Under the pieces are notes generated by a model. The model was not told the origin of the DNA and ran no database searches. It saw only the letters and a list, made by a program, of their open reading frames with translations. Position numbers and translations under genes: made by a program. Of a stretch of 64,000 bases of DNA, positions 29,791-64,000 are shown one piece after another (position 1 is the stretch's first letter; each line of letters begins with the position of its first letter). Source of the DNA: Amoebidium appalachense (taxonomy: Eukaryota > Protista > Ichthyosporea); assembly GCA_963693365.1 (NCBI GenBank), contig CAVNZM010000015.1, positions 1,240,001 through 1,304,000 on the forward strand, in the 5' to 3' direction.

Positions 29791-30422
29791 GGGGGGTTGT
29801 TGTTGTTGTTGTTATGAAGGGGGCAAAGACACGTGGGGGACTCTATAGGTTTTCTGTGTCCCTGGGGGTGTGTGTGTAACTGTGTGTGTGTGTGTGCACG
29901 TGCGGCCCGTGTGTGTACCTGTGTGTGTGTGTGTGTGTGTGCGCGCGTATAGGCCGTGTGTGCCTCTGTGTGTGTGTGCGCGCGCACGCATGCGCGTGTA
30001 CATGCATGCCTGTGTGACAGTGTGTGTGTAGGTGTGTGTGTGTGTGGGCGCGCTCGTGCGTGCATACTTGCGTGTATGTGTGTGTGTGTGTGCTGTGTGT
30101 GTGTGTGTTTTTTTTTGGGGGGGGGGGAGGGGGAAGAGGGGGGGGGGGGCACCGGATATCACCATCCCATCCTATCTTATAGCATGCCCCGCAGGTGTAA
30201 GTTGAGGTACCGGGACGTTGATGCTGTCACAGTGTGTCCTTGTGTGTGTGTGGGGGGGGGGGGGGAGCGTGCAATTCAAAATAGGCCAACTTTACTTGCG
30301 GGCTTCAAGCCTGCAATATTACTGAGGTGCCACCGCGAACACTTGATTACAACGAGAACGGCCCCGTAGTAAATATTTACTGTGCCTCAAACACTGGCTA
30401 ATTAGTATTAGCATTCCCCCCC

Positions 30423-30487
<65 letters not shown>

Positions 30488-30591
30488 CCCCCCCCAGCCC
30501 CCCCCTCCCCTCCTCCCCCCCCCTCTCCCCAAAGCCCCCCCTCCCCCCTCCCCCCCCACATCCACACACACACACACATCATCCTCTCAAA

Positions 30592-30795
30592 TTTCAAAGT
30601 TCTTTTCATCTTTCCCTCATGGTACTTGTTCGCTATCGGTCTCGTGCCCATATTTAGCTTTAGATGAAATTTACCACCCATTTTGGGCTGCATTCCCAAA
30701 CAACCCGACTCCTCGTTAGCGTAACGTAGATGCACAGACACCGAGTCACAGACGGGATTCTCACCCTCTCTGATACCGCGTTCCAACGGATCTAT
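30592..30795 (-). pseudogene. Isolated fragment of 28S (LSU) rRNA, conserved core between D1 and D2
   Basis: The minus strand reads GAGGGTGAGAATCCCGTC...GAGTCGGGTTGTTTGGGAATGCAGCCCAAAATGGGTGGTAAATTTCATCTAAAGCTAAATA...GAGACCGATAGCGAACAAGTACCATGAGGGAAAGATGAAAAGAACTTTGAAA, the conserved eukaryotic LSU core. It is truncated on both sides and no other rDNA lies nearby. Confidence 0.92.
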
Positions 30796-30912
30796 AAAGT
30801 CCCAGAACAGTTTTTTCCGATACAGAAACAAACTAAATCAAATGACCTAGTCTACAACACGAGAACCGTCGAATAAATCCTAACTAGTCTTATAGCACAC
30901 TAGAATTTTGAT

Positions 30913-31726
30913 CTAGCAGGTTTTCATGCTGCAGTAGGTGCCGAGGTAGTTAGACCCAGTGTTGCAGCCAAAGTTCTGAACACACCACACGTCATTCACA
31001 CGGGGATCAACTGCCTTGCAGCACTGAGCACCACCAGACGTGGTGGTAGGAACAACAGAAGCTGTGGTGGTGGTGGTGGTGGTTGGAATAGCAATGGTGG
31101 TAGTGGTGGTTAAGATGGTTGTTGTAGGAGCGCGTGTGGTGGTGGTGGTGGTAGTTTTGGTGGTGGTGGTGGTGGTGGTGGTGGTGGTGGTAGGTTGGCG
31201 AGTAGAAGTGGTGGTAGTGGGTGGAGGTGGGGGGGGGGGGGGGGGGACAATACCCCCCTGCGACACGCGGAAATTAGCAACCGTCCACGCGGTTTTGCGG
31301 AGCGACTTGGCGTTATTTGCGGACGCCGTTCCGACTGCAACGGTCTTTCCACCGACCGTCGTGATTTTGATGTCGGGGTTGCTGTAGTAGGCAATGCGGG
31401 TGGTGGGGCTAGTGGGGCATTGGTAGGCCATCACTGTTTGCACGCCACCGCACTGCACGTAGCCGTAGGAGTATGTGAAGGCGGGGTTGCCGTTACCTGT
31501 ATGTTGGAAGAGGGTCGTTAGACAAAAAATCGTGTGCTTAGCGTGGCGAGTGCTGAGTGGGGTAGTTGGGGGGCAGAAGGGATGGAATGCACGGGACGGG
31601 CATAGGCCTGGGTGTGGGGAGGGGTGTGGGAGGAGGGAGGGGACGGGGGGGTGCGGGGGGAAGGAGTAAAGTATTGAAAGCATGTTTAACTGTTAACTTT
31701 CTTTTTTTTGGGGGGGGGGGGGGGGG

Positions 31727-31762
<36 letters not shown>

Positions 31763-33066
31763 AGGGGGGGGGGAGGGGGGAGGGGGGAGGGAGGGGTGGA
31801 GGGGGGAGAGGAGGGGGATGAAGGAGAAGATGAAGGATTTTGTGTTTTTATAACACAAGCCAAAGTTTACAAACGTGTACGACGGATTATCAAATGTCTT
31901 TTTCAATGTTCACAAAGACAAAGAAACACATAAAATTAAAAAAGTAGGAATAGTGGGAGGCCAGCAGCGACGTGGCACCTTGTTTGCAGATCAGCGCAGC
32001 TTTATAAAGCAATAAAAAAATTAGGGATATAGATAGACCTACCCGCATTTGCCTTGTCGTGCGCGCATCCAAAGTTGTGCCCCCACTCATGTGCAGGCGT
32101 GAGACTGGTTACGCAGTTAGTGGACACCAAGCTGTATCCGTAGCCGGCGAACGTTGTCGGTTTTCCGACCGACAAGTCATCCATCTGCCACGCAATACCG
32201 CAATAAGCACTATCGGTAGTCAGAAGTTGTACCAAGTCCGCACTGTACTGCTCACGGAGACTTGCCGCATTGGAGACTCTTCCCTCAGTCAAATCATTCA
32301 GAGCCTTCGTCATATCCCCGTTCTCCGTGTAGCCCACCAGACCAGAATAAACCAGGTTGACCTTGAAGTTTGTCACGTTGCTGTTAACAAGCGCGCGGTT
32401 CATATCCGCTACGCCCTGTGCCGCAGCAGAACGCACACCTGCCTCCCCGCCGAATCTCTGTGCAGCCGCCGCGGTCCACAGAACAATAACGTCAACCACG
32501 CTACCATCATCTGTGGCGGCAGCAACACCAACGTCGCTGGCGGCTTTCTGTGCTGCCGCCCTCAGCTTTTCCCTTGGTACAGGGATACCCATACGCATGG
32601 CGGAGGAGTCCGGTGCGCGGAAAAGAAGGGCCTGGGTAGTGTTGGCGGGATTGGGAAGCAGGTCGTACTGTGTGCCATCCAAACCAACGATGCTGCCACC
32701 GACAGACCCATCCTTGGTGCTGGTAACAATGGTGACTCGACGTGTCATGTCTCCGGCGACAGTGCCCAACCATGCCACATGCTCCCGCCCAACCTTTTGC
32801 ACATTTTGAAGTGATGCCGTCAATTGCTCGCCGGATGGAAGAGCAACGGAAAAAGACTTGGCACCCGCGCGAAGATGGTTCACGTTGGGAGCAACAACTT
32901 GAACCTTGGGGGCAGCGGCAGCGATGGAAGGGAGAGAGGAGAGAGAGGGAGCCTGACCGCGAACGGAGGGGACATCGACAGAGTGGAACAGGGGGACGGG
33001 GGCATTGGGAACCGCCACACTCATAACGGCGGGGGAGAAGGCCAAGATGACACTGGCTGGCTTCAT
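30913..33066 (-). CDS. Secreted reprolysin-like (metzincin, M12B-like) zinc metalloprotease with Thr-rich linker and C-terminal Cys-rich module, about 535 aa
   Basis: Exons 33066-32043 and 31496-30913, joined by a phase 1 GT-AG intron. Hydrophobic N-terminus, zinc motif HEWGHNFGCAHD, Met-turn TVMAY, YYSNP motif, poly-Thr linker and a 6-Cys terminal module. Confidence 0.92.
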
Positions 33067-34309
33067 TTTGGCTGCGTGCGGATTTGGACGTCGACGACAC
33101 GAAGTGAGTCAGACACTCGCTTTTGAAGAGGCTACCGATTTTTGCGCGTTTTGTGCTCTTTGAAGGGCATGGCAATGCCAACTGGGCATCAGAGATAAGT
33201 AACTTTTCACAAAAGTATTTCCAGGGCACTGGTTTTTTCGGTGCTCATATGCACGGTCCTGACCACCCGTACCGATCATAACTTTGTATAAGCCACACAG
33301 GCTATCTGCGCGCGGGCCGTGAGCCGCATGCAACCAGGCTGATCGATATATCATACATACGCATGTGCACAGCCGGTGCAGCTGCAGTAAGGAAAACTAC
33401 TCAGGCTATAGCTGTTATCATGATAGCAACAAAACAATACATAGTTGCTGCAATAGAGTATTCCTCTGCAAGCATGCTATTGAACGCAGGCGGTACCCAA
33501 CCATTCCATCCGATGCCGCGGGCTGTAGTCGCCCGTAGGTACGTGGACTGTGGTCACTCCGCTGAGCCTCGAATCTCTCTTTTGGGGCAATTGGAATGTG
33601 GTGTATGCACGTATGATTGGCTACATCCATGTGAGAAAGATCTTGAGCTGTGATTGGTCCAGGGCCTGAGGCAGATTGGGTTCGGCTAAGAATAACAGGC
33701 CCATGTGGCTATATATCTTAGTAAAAGGGATAGCAGAGATCAACCAGTTTTGAATTAAGATCTCCCTATGGTTCAAAGGCATTTTTCCCCCTGTTAGTTT
33801 CTTCCCACGGTCCCACCACGCGGTTGTCTTTGAAACATAGCTCAACAGTGAACACTGAATCGGATCTAGATTCGAAGCTCCGGTCAACCAATCAAAATCG
33901 TAAATATTCCAGTTGCCGACCGGAATTAGATCTAAGCAGAGATTGTATGGGCCTATGGCCTTTCTTTACGAACCCTTTTAAAACACGTCTACGAAAGTAC
34001 TACAAAACTGTAGACGAGTTGGCGTATGAAATCAAATACTGCGTAGTTATCCCGTAATTATAATTACGTACAGCATTTTCTAGGTCCACATCAGCTTTGC
34101 TGCCCGCAAGTAAAGCTCAGGCAACATTGACCAGTGCATCCACCAATATGTATGCAGCGGGTGTTCTCGGTTCGAGTCTGCCCAGCTATCATGCCCTAGC
34201 CCGATGTTTCTGTAAGTACGGACTGTGTCCTCATAGACGTCAATTAATTGAATTTTGATACACTAGCTATGTAGTACTGTAATAATTATAACATGAATGA
34301 AAAGTCTCA

Positions 34310-35090
<781 letters not shown>

Positions 35091-36646
35091 CTTCGCCAAA
35101 ATCATCCTGATTTAGTGGTCGCCCCCTCTCCTCTCCCTGCTAGCCGTTGCAAACTTTGCACACTATTATTAGACTAGCTAGCTAGTCCCCACTTCTTCCA
35201 CATTCTATGATGTCTTGCAAACAGCAGAGCTATTACTACAGTATACGTATATATATTCTGCTGACGGCAGCGGAGTCCTGAGTGTACAGCAATAACATAA
35301 AGCGCGGCCTCGACCGGTTTTCGCTATTACATATCTGTGCGTGTGCACATAGTATGTTTGGAAATGATGTCCTATAGCTAGGTGTGCATAGCTGGTGTTC
35401 AATGCTTCCCTCTGGTATTTCGAACCCTGTGACGCAGGTGCGCGTTTATACAATCACAAACTGGCTGAAATTGGAGAGCCAATTTTTTTATTATTTATTT
35501 TATATAGCCAAAATTCTGAATTTCAGTGTGCTCAAAATCTTAATGAGCAAAAGATCTATGATAGTGTATTGTTAGTCTACACAGGGAAATCTTTCTCTTA
35601 TATTGTTCTTTTATGTAGTGATAAAAAATACTAATAAATATTGTAAAATTGTTCATTAAACTGAATGTGCTGTTTTCACTATTTAACTCTATCTAACAAG
35701 ACTTTCCAACTTTGATTTCAAGTGTGGCTTTTTCAACAGTCACCTGGGGGCTCCTGGAGTTTAGCGCATTTAGTGCGCCAATCATTCCGCCGCGTCTAAT
35801 GACGAGTGTTGACGGCACTTTAGAGCTAAGTGTTCTTGCCGGTCGGGCTACAGTATCAGTTAGACCAACGATGGTTTGCTGAAACATGAATTTTTCCCAA
35901 AACCTTGAATATGTTAGAAAGACAAGAATTTTCTGTTATGATTGATATATGAATTCTTAAGCAGAAGGGAGTATTATGGAATATAGGAGTAGGTGGCTGG
36001 ACGCGACTTTCAGGTGCACATCTGTTGGGATAGGACCCGTGGAACCCATCACAAGATTTCAACTAAGCTTTTGTAGTATTGTCGAGCTTTACACTGTTGT
36101 ATTAGGCGACCATAATAATCTCAGGGTAGTAGGACGTGCATGAAAGCTTAGGGTCGCAATCTGGCCGCAGCTAGGTCCGAGATTCCCTGCGAGACTCCCC
36201 CTTTCCTACATACATCTTGAAAGATAGATCCCAGCGTCGCCTATCATCTTCTCGGTGAGTATAATATCCAAAAAAAAAAAAAAAGTCGTGTCAAAAGAAA
36301 AATCGTATTATTACATTCGGGAGCCTCATCGAAGCAGTGCCTGTACACTTGCATTTGCCTTTTGTCATGTCTGGGCATTTCATTTTTGCATATGCGTCTG
36401 TATACGATAAACATGGAAGCTTTGCAATCCAACAAATCCAGGTCCGCATTCTCCTAGCTCTGAGCTGGTGACCTGAAATGTCGCACTGGCCACGGTAACT
36501 GCTGCGGATAAAGACATTCGGTTTTGCATCTTGTATGTAATTTGATGCGTTCTCTAGAAAGCCGCGATCCTACCCAAATAATTTTATAGTGAGTATTCAG
36601 ATGTTACCCTCCCTTTACATTACTGAACGTAAGAGCAGGTAGCAAA

Positions 36647-59057
<22,411 letters not shown>

Positions 59058-59490
59058 GATTATTGTAGGCAAATTCGAAAAGCGTGACGTATGTTTTGGT
59101 TAGGATACACTTAGGTGTACAAAAGAATAGCACAGTTGTCGTAAGGTTTGTTCAGGTTGAGTGACTTATTTGGATGCGAATATTTTGATGTGTTTTAAAC
59201 GTCCCTACGGGAGATCTATGAATGTCCGTGGTGTGTATCCCCTTAAATTACCCACCATCTGGCGGATGGGGGGGGGGGGGGGGGGGGGGGTATGAATGTT
59301 TGATGGCTTCCTTTTACATCGGGCCGTCGTATAGTTCTATATCATTCTCTGTATCTTTTGATGTAATAATTCCCCTATATCAGTTCTCTAAGGCTTTTCA
59401 CTTCTTTCTCGGATTAGGATGATGGTTTATGTATTGATTCCTGTCTGTTGTAGTTAGAGAGTGTTACGGCGGGCGGCCGCAGGAGCGCTG

Positions 59491-59521
<31 letters not shown>

Positions 59522-60309
59522 GGGGGGGAGGGGGGGGGGGGGGGGGGGGGGGAGGGGGGAGGGGGGGGATGTTGTATTGTGCAAATATTTACAGTTTATA
59601 GTTAGCTATAATACCAAAGGGGCCACGATAGAACTAAGGTGGTTCCTACTAATGGGGACTCGAATTCGTATGACCTTAATCCCGCTAGTCAGTGATTGTC
59701 AAAAATGTATGAAGGTATCCTCACAGGTTTGTTGTAAGAGTTCGATAACCAACACATGCAACTGAAGTGCTGTGCATGTTTTATTCATCAAATATATGGA
59801 ATATGTGTGCGTGTGTTGGCCGTCTGCAAATTTGAGTGTGTGCATATCCATGTGTATGTTTGTGCGAGCGCACGTGCCGATATGTCAATTGCATGTGCTT
59901 ACTGAGGTCCCAAGGTTACGGAAGGAGAGGGAGGACACGTGGGGTGATTGCAACCTCGTTGGGGGTGGGTGTGGGGATGGAGGAGGGTTGGGGGGGGGAG
60001 GGGGGCGGGGGTTAGCCTGTTGGGGTTGAGTATATGTGTGGGGCGCTACCATATTAGGGTGGAGCTTGTGTACGAGAGTGAGGGAGCGGTCAGAATGTGT
60101 TACAATGTACGAAGGGCACACTCACGACGGGGAAATTGGGGGGAGGGCGGGGGGGGAAGGGGGAGGACCTTGCCAAATCAAGCAAACGGGAAGGATCTCA
60201 GCTAGAGACTGAGAGAGCATGTTCAAACAAATCTAACGGGTGTTTGGGAAAAGAAGAGTTGTTAGGAGTGAAGAATGTTGACCGCTTGTGTCCTTTTTTT
60301 TTTTTTTTT

Positions 60310-60360
<51 letters not shown>

Positions 60361-60546
60361 GTGTTCTAAAAGGTGACTGAAGTTCCGCGCACGCTCGTGT
60401 TCATGTATTCAACACTAAGATATCCCGGAACTAATACAGGCACCATATTGCTATCAAAAATAGGCCGTGTAAGTAAGATAGTACACTTCAGGCTTATATG
60501 TCGGGTATCTCCGAAAATTTGCTTGACTAATTGTCAGTCCCAACCG

Positions 60547-60578
<32 letters not shown>

Positions 60579-60887
60579 TTTCTGCGGCTTCCATTTGGAG
60601 AAAAGTCTCTTCAGCCCAGATAAATTCTGAAATCTGCCCTTCCCCACCCAACCAAGCAACCAAGCAAACAAAAAACCGTTCTTCGTTGACACACATGCAT
60701 AGGACAAGACATCTTAATGATGGGGTCACTTTAAAACTATCGACACAACAGGTTATAAACAAGATTCTGTATACGCATGCGTTTCAGTGGCGCTCTGACG
60801 TAAAAAAAGACAACCACTGGCGCATCAATGAGCTAATTGGCCATCCACAGGGTTCGGCTTCAGGTTCTTCTCTTTCTCGATCTCATC

Positions 60888-61466
60888 TCATTTGCTTTCA
60901 GACTGTCCCTCCACCTCTTCAGAAGTATTCTTCTTCTCCATCTGCTCACCTTGTTCATTGACCACCTGAACAAGCCGCCATAACTCTTTCCTCGCCTCAT
61001 CACTGCCCCACTCTGGTCTCTGTGCTGTGTAAATCTCTAACATCTTGATAACACCTTCTCCCAGTTTACCACCCGACGTTTTTTGCAGGTGTGCTATCTC
61101 TTCCGGGGTTATCTTTAGCTCTGGAGACGGTGAAAGTGTGGGTGACGTGTGGGCACTTGTAGTTGACGTTCGCTTTCTTTGCTTGAAAAAGGGCAGGGAT
61201 TTGACGCTTGTGAACGAACGGATGGAAACGGTGTCGTCGTCTTTCTCTGCGCTTGAACGTACAGATCTCTCAGATCTTTCGGAGGGAGGTGAACTTGTAC
61301 TTTGGCTCAGGTTGGATGGGGAGTGTGGAGCTGACATCGAGATTACGCCTACTCTTCCTTCTATTTCGTTGAGACTGTGTGAGCGTTTTCGTGCGGTTGG
61401 GCCTTTGTCTTTAAGTGCCGAGGGCTTACGTGGCCCGGTGGCCAAACCTTTGAACGCAGTTGGCAT
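60888..61466 (-). CDS. Hypothetical Ser-rich protein (192 aa from ATG 61466; may have upstream exons)
   Basis: Microsatellite-free open frame with protein-like composition: a disordered Ser-rich part, then a possibly helical C-terminal region (ITPEEIAHL...ARKELWRLVQVV). No family recognised. Confidence 0.7.
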   Translation of the reverse strand: MPTAFKGLATGPRKPSALKDKGPTARKRSHSLNEIEGRVGVISMSAPHSPSNLSQSTSSPPSERSERSVRSSAEKDDDTVSIRSFTSVKSLPFFKQRKRTSTTSAHTSPTLSPSPELKITPEEIAHLQKTSGGKLGEGVIKMLEIYTAQRPEWGSDEARKELWRLVQVVNEQGEQMEKKNTSEEVEGQSESK

Positions 61467-62241
61467 TCTCAATTTCCCTCCTCTGCCAGAACCGTAAAAA
61501 AGGGTGGTGCTATGACCAGAAAGAAAGGGAATTCACAAGCGAGCTCATCAGGAGCACAAAAAGACAGGGGAAAAAGAAACAATTGACCTGTCTGCGTTCA
61601 AGAAACGTTGTTATGGGCTAGTAGGTGGCAAGTCTCTGTGCCTCAAAAAACAAAAGCCACAGACGTGCTTGAGAATGCCAACCTTTCCCACATAAACACG
61701 AAAACAGCGTGTTAGGCCTGCTAATGTGAGAACCTGACATGTATAATGCTGTTATGAAAAACAAAGCTAACCGAAAAAGGCAAACAGCAAGGAGAAGAGA
61801 GGCGGAGAGAGAAAAAGAAATTATTTCTCAAACGAAAAAGAAAGGTGGCTTCAGGTTCCCTAGACTCAGTCCGTAAGTCATTCGATCGGATATTTCTGAT
61901 TTCGATGATAAAAACCAAAATAACAGTATAACACAAATAAAATTATAACACCCCCATCAGTAGTAATGAAAGTACCCAAAGATTTAAATTTCAAATCTAC
62001 ATTTAACTTAAGTCCCTATAAGATCGAAATTACGGGTTGCAACGATGGTGCGCCTTTAACCAATCGTCTTTTTATCTGTATTAATCGAATCACTAAGAAT
62101 TATTTAAAACTATATTTGGTAATCTCGCGCTGAACTATCTTGCACCCAAACAAACTTTCGACGTTCCCGCATGTCCGGTTGGATCACAGGCTTGTGTCAC
62201 GGTGTGTGTGTGTGTGTGTGTGTGCGTGCTGTACACGTGCG

Positions 62242-62382
<141 letters not shown>

Positions 62383-62407
62383 GGTGGGTGGGTGGGTGGG
62401 TGGGTGT

Positions 62408-62462
<55 letters not shown>

Positions 62463-62489
62463 TGTGTGCGTGTGTGTGTGTGCGTGTGC

Positions 62490-62520
<31 letters not shown>

Positions 62521-62896
62521 TGTGCGTGCATGTGTGTGTGTGTGTGCACGCGGGCGGGCGTGCGTGTTCGTAAATCCCCTGTGTTTGCATACGTGCCTTT
62601 CTGTCTGTCTGTTGTGTGTATGTGTGTGTGGGCCCCGTGTGTTCGTGCGTTGTGTGTGTGGCCAACCTGGCTAACACCGTCAGACGATATGTACAGCTGT
62701 GACTCCGGCAGAACATATGGATGTGTGTGGGTGTATCTGCAATTTGTGCCGTTTCTGCTGAGAGCTCAGATCCACCTGGGAGAGAGAGTGAGCACGGTGT
62801 GTGTGACAGTGTATGTATGTGTGTGTGTGGGTTGGTGGGTGGGATGTGTATGTGTTTATTTTTGTGTGTGTGTGAACGTGTGTGTGTGCACGTCAC

Positions 62897-62929
<33 letters not shown>

Positions 62930-63508
62930 AATCTTCACGCCGATATGTAGATGGTGAAACAAAACAGACGAACTGAGTGTGAAATTACTGCTGTACGGTT
63001 TCAGTTTTCATGATACCTGGGAAGGAGCGCGCGAGCTTTGGCGAGCATTCCTGTGCGGTACAGTGTGTGCAGTGCTCTCTGTCACTAACTGGAGGCGATC
63101 TGCGGGCTTGCGTGGGCTATCCAGAGTCCTTACAATAGATCTGTTGTAGGTGACATCTGTATAAATCTTATTGGTTAAAAAAATCACCTATCATTCGTGA
63201 AATTGTGAGATCATTTGAAGTCGTCCTGGAAATGTTAGATCTGCGATTGATTTTGAAGTGTGTGCCTAAACATTTATAAATAAAGAGATGGAGGATTAGG
63301 CATCTCAACAGTTAATTAAGTATGTAAGCCAAGCGCTGCTCAAAGCCCATATATCTTGTGACTCGGGGAACCCAAAACTCACATACCAACCTTCAAAGTG
63401 GTCTCTCAGAGTCTCTCAAATTCTCAATAGACTATCGTCGTTCTGATTGGTCACACAAAAATCCAATCATAACTAAGATCTGATCCCACCCTCCCCCCTC
63501 CTCCTCCT

Positions 63509-63543
<35 letters not shown>

Positions 63544-63595
63544 TTCTGAGACTCTCTTGGTCTGTACAGGTTTCTCTCTCTCGGTCTCGTTGTCG

Positions 63596-63635
<40 letters not shown>

Positions 63636-63786
63636 CCTCTCTCTTTATCTCCCTCCCTCCATCCCTCCCTCCCTCCATACCTCTAAGCTCTTTCTCGCTC
63701 TCTTTCTCTCTCTCTCTCTGTCGATCATCCCAGCTCCTCCCCTCTCCTATCCCTCCTATCCCCCTCCGCCCCCTCTCCTCTCAGAA

Positions 63787-63896
<110 letters not shown>

Positions 63897-64000
63897 TGTG
63901 TGTACAGTGTGCACATGCACATGCACATGCCGTTCCACTTTAAGAACCTACACAATCCATCTTTAACACAAACATCATGATACCAGCCCGTCCTGAAGCC

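Noticed and set aside
27900-30420. Possible additional gene in the non-repetitive islands (28550-28830, 29200-29520, 30150-30410)
   Set aside because: No recognisable motifs or phase-consistent exon chain were found. It cannot be excluded without RNA-seq.
30319-30831. 170-aa ORF on the minus strand
   Set aside because: It is a translation of the 28S rRNA fragment plus microsatellites.
32059-33229. Overlapping alternative-frame and antisense ORFs across the protease
   Set aside because: They are shadows of the real GC-rich coding exon.

Overview
Intron-rich eukaryotic genomic DNA, probably from a unicellular opisthokont or holozoan (inference only). It is saturated with poly-G/poly-C tracts and (CA)n/(GA)n microsatellites, so almost all entries in the supplied ORF track are repeat artefacts. 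Manual phase-consistent exon chaining supports six protein genes: the 3' part of a SUZ/SUZ-C (SZRD1-like) gene with a PAM2-like motif (+); a divergent 19-exon XRN-family 5'-3' exoribonuclease (-); a DUF924 gene with two alternative first exons, one presequence-like (+); a two-exon secreted reprolysin-like zinc metalloprotease followed by a 28S rRNA fragment (-); a 27-exon FERM + RNI-type LRR gene (+) hosting an antisense tRNA-Thr(CGT); and a Ser-rich hypothetical protein (-). There are several MITE families (TTAA-flanked, Tourist-like, foldback). The two most unusual patterns are a dispersed SINE-like repeat family that ends in poly(C) rather than poly(A), and repeated tandem duplications that span splice junctions and create arrays of decoy splice sites. 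All calls are by eye; no alignment or database search was run.
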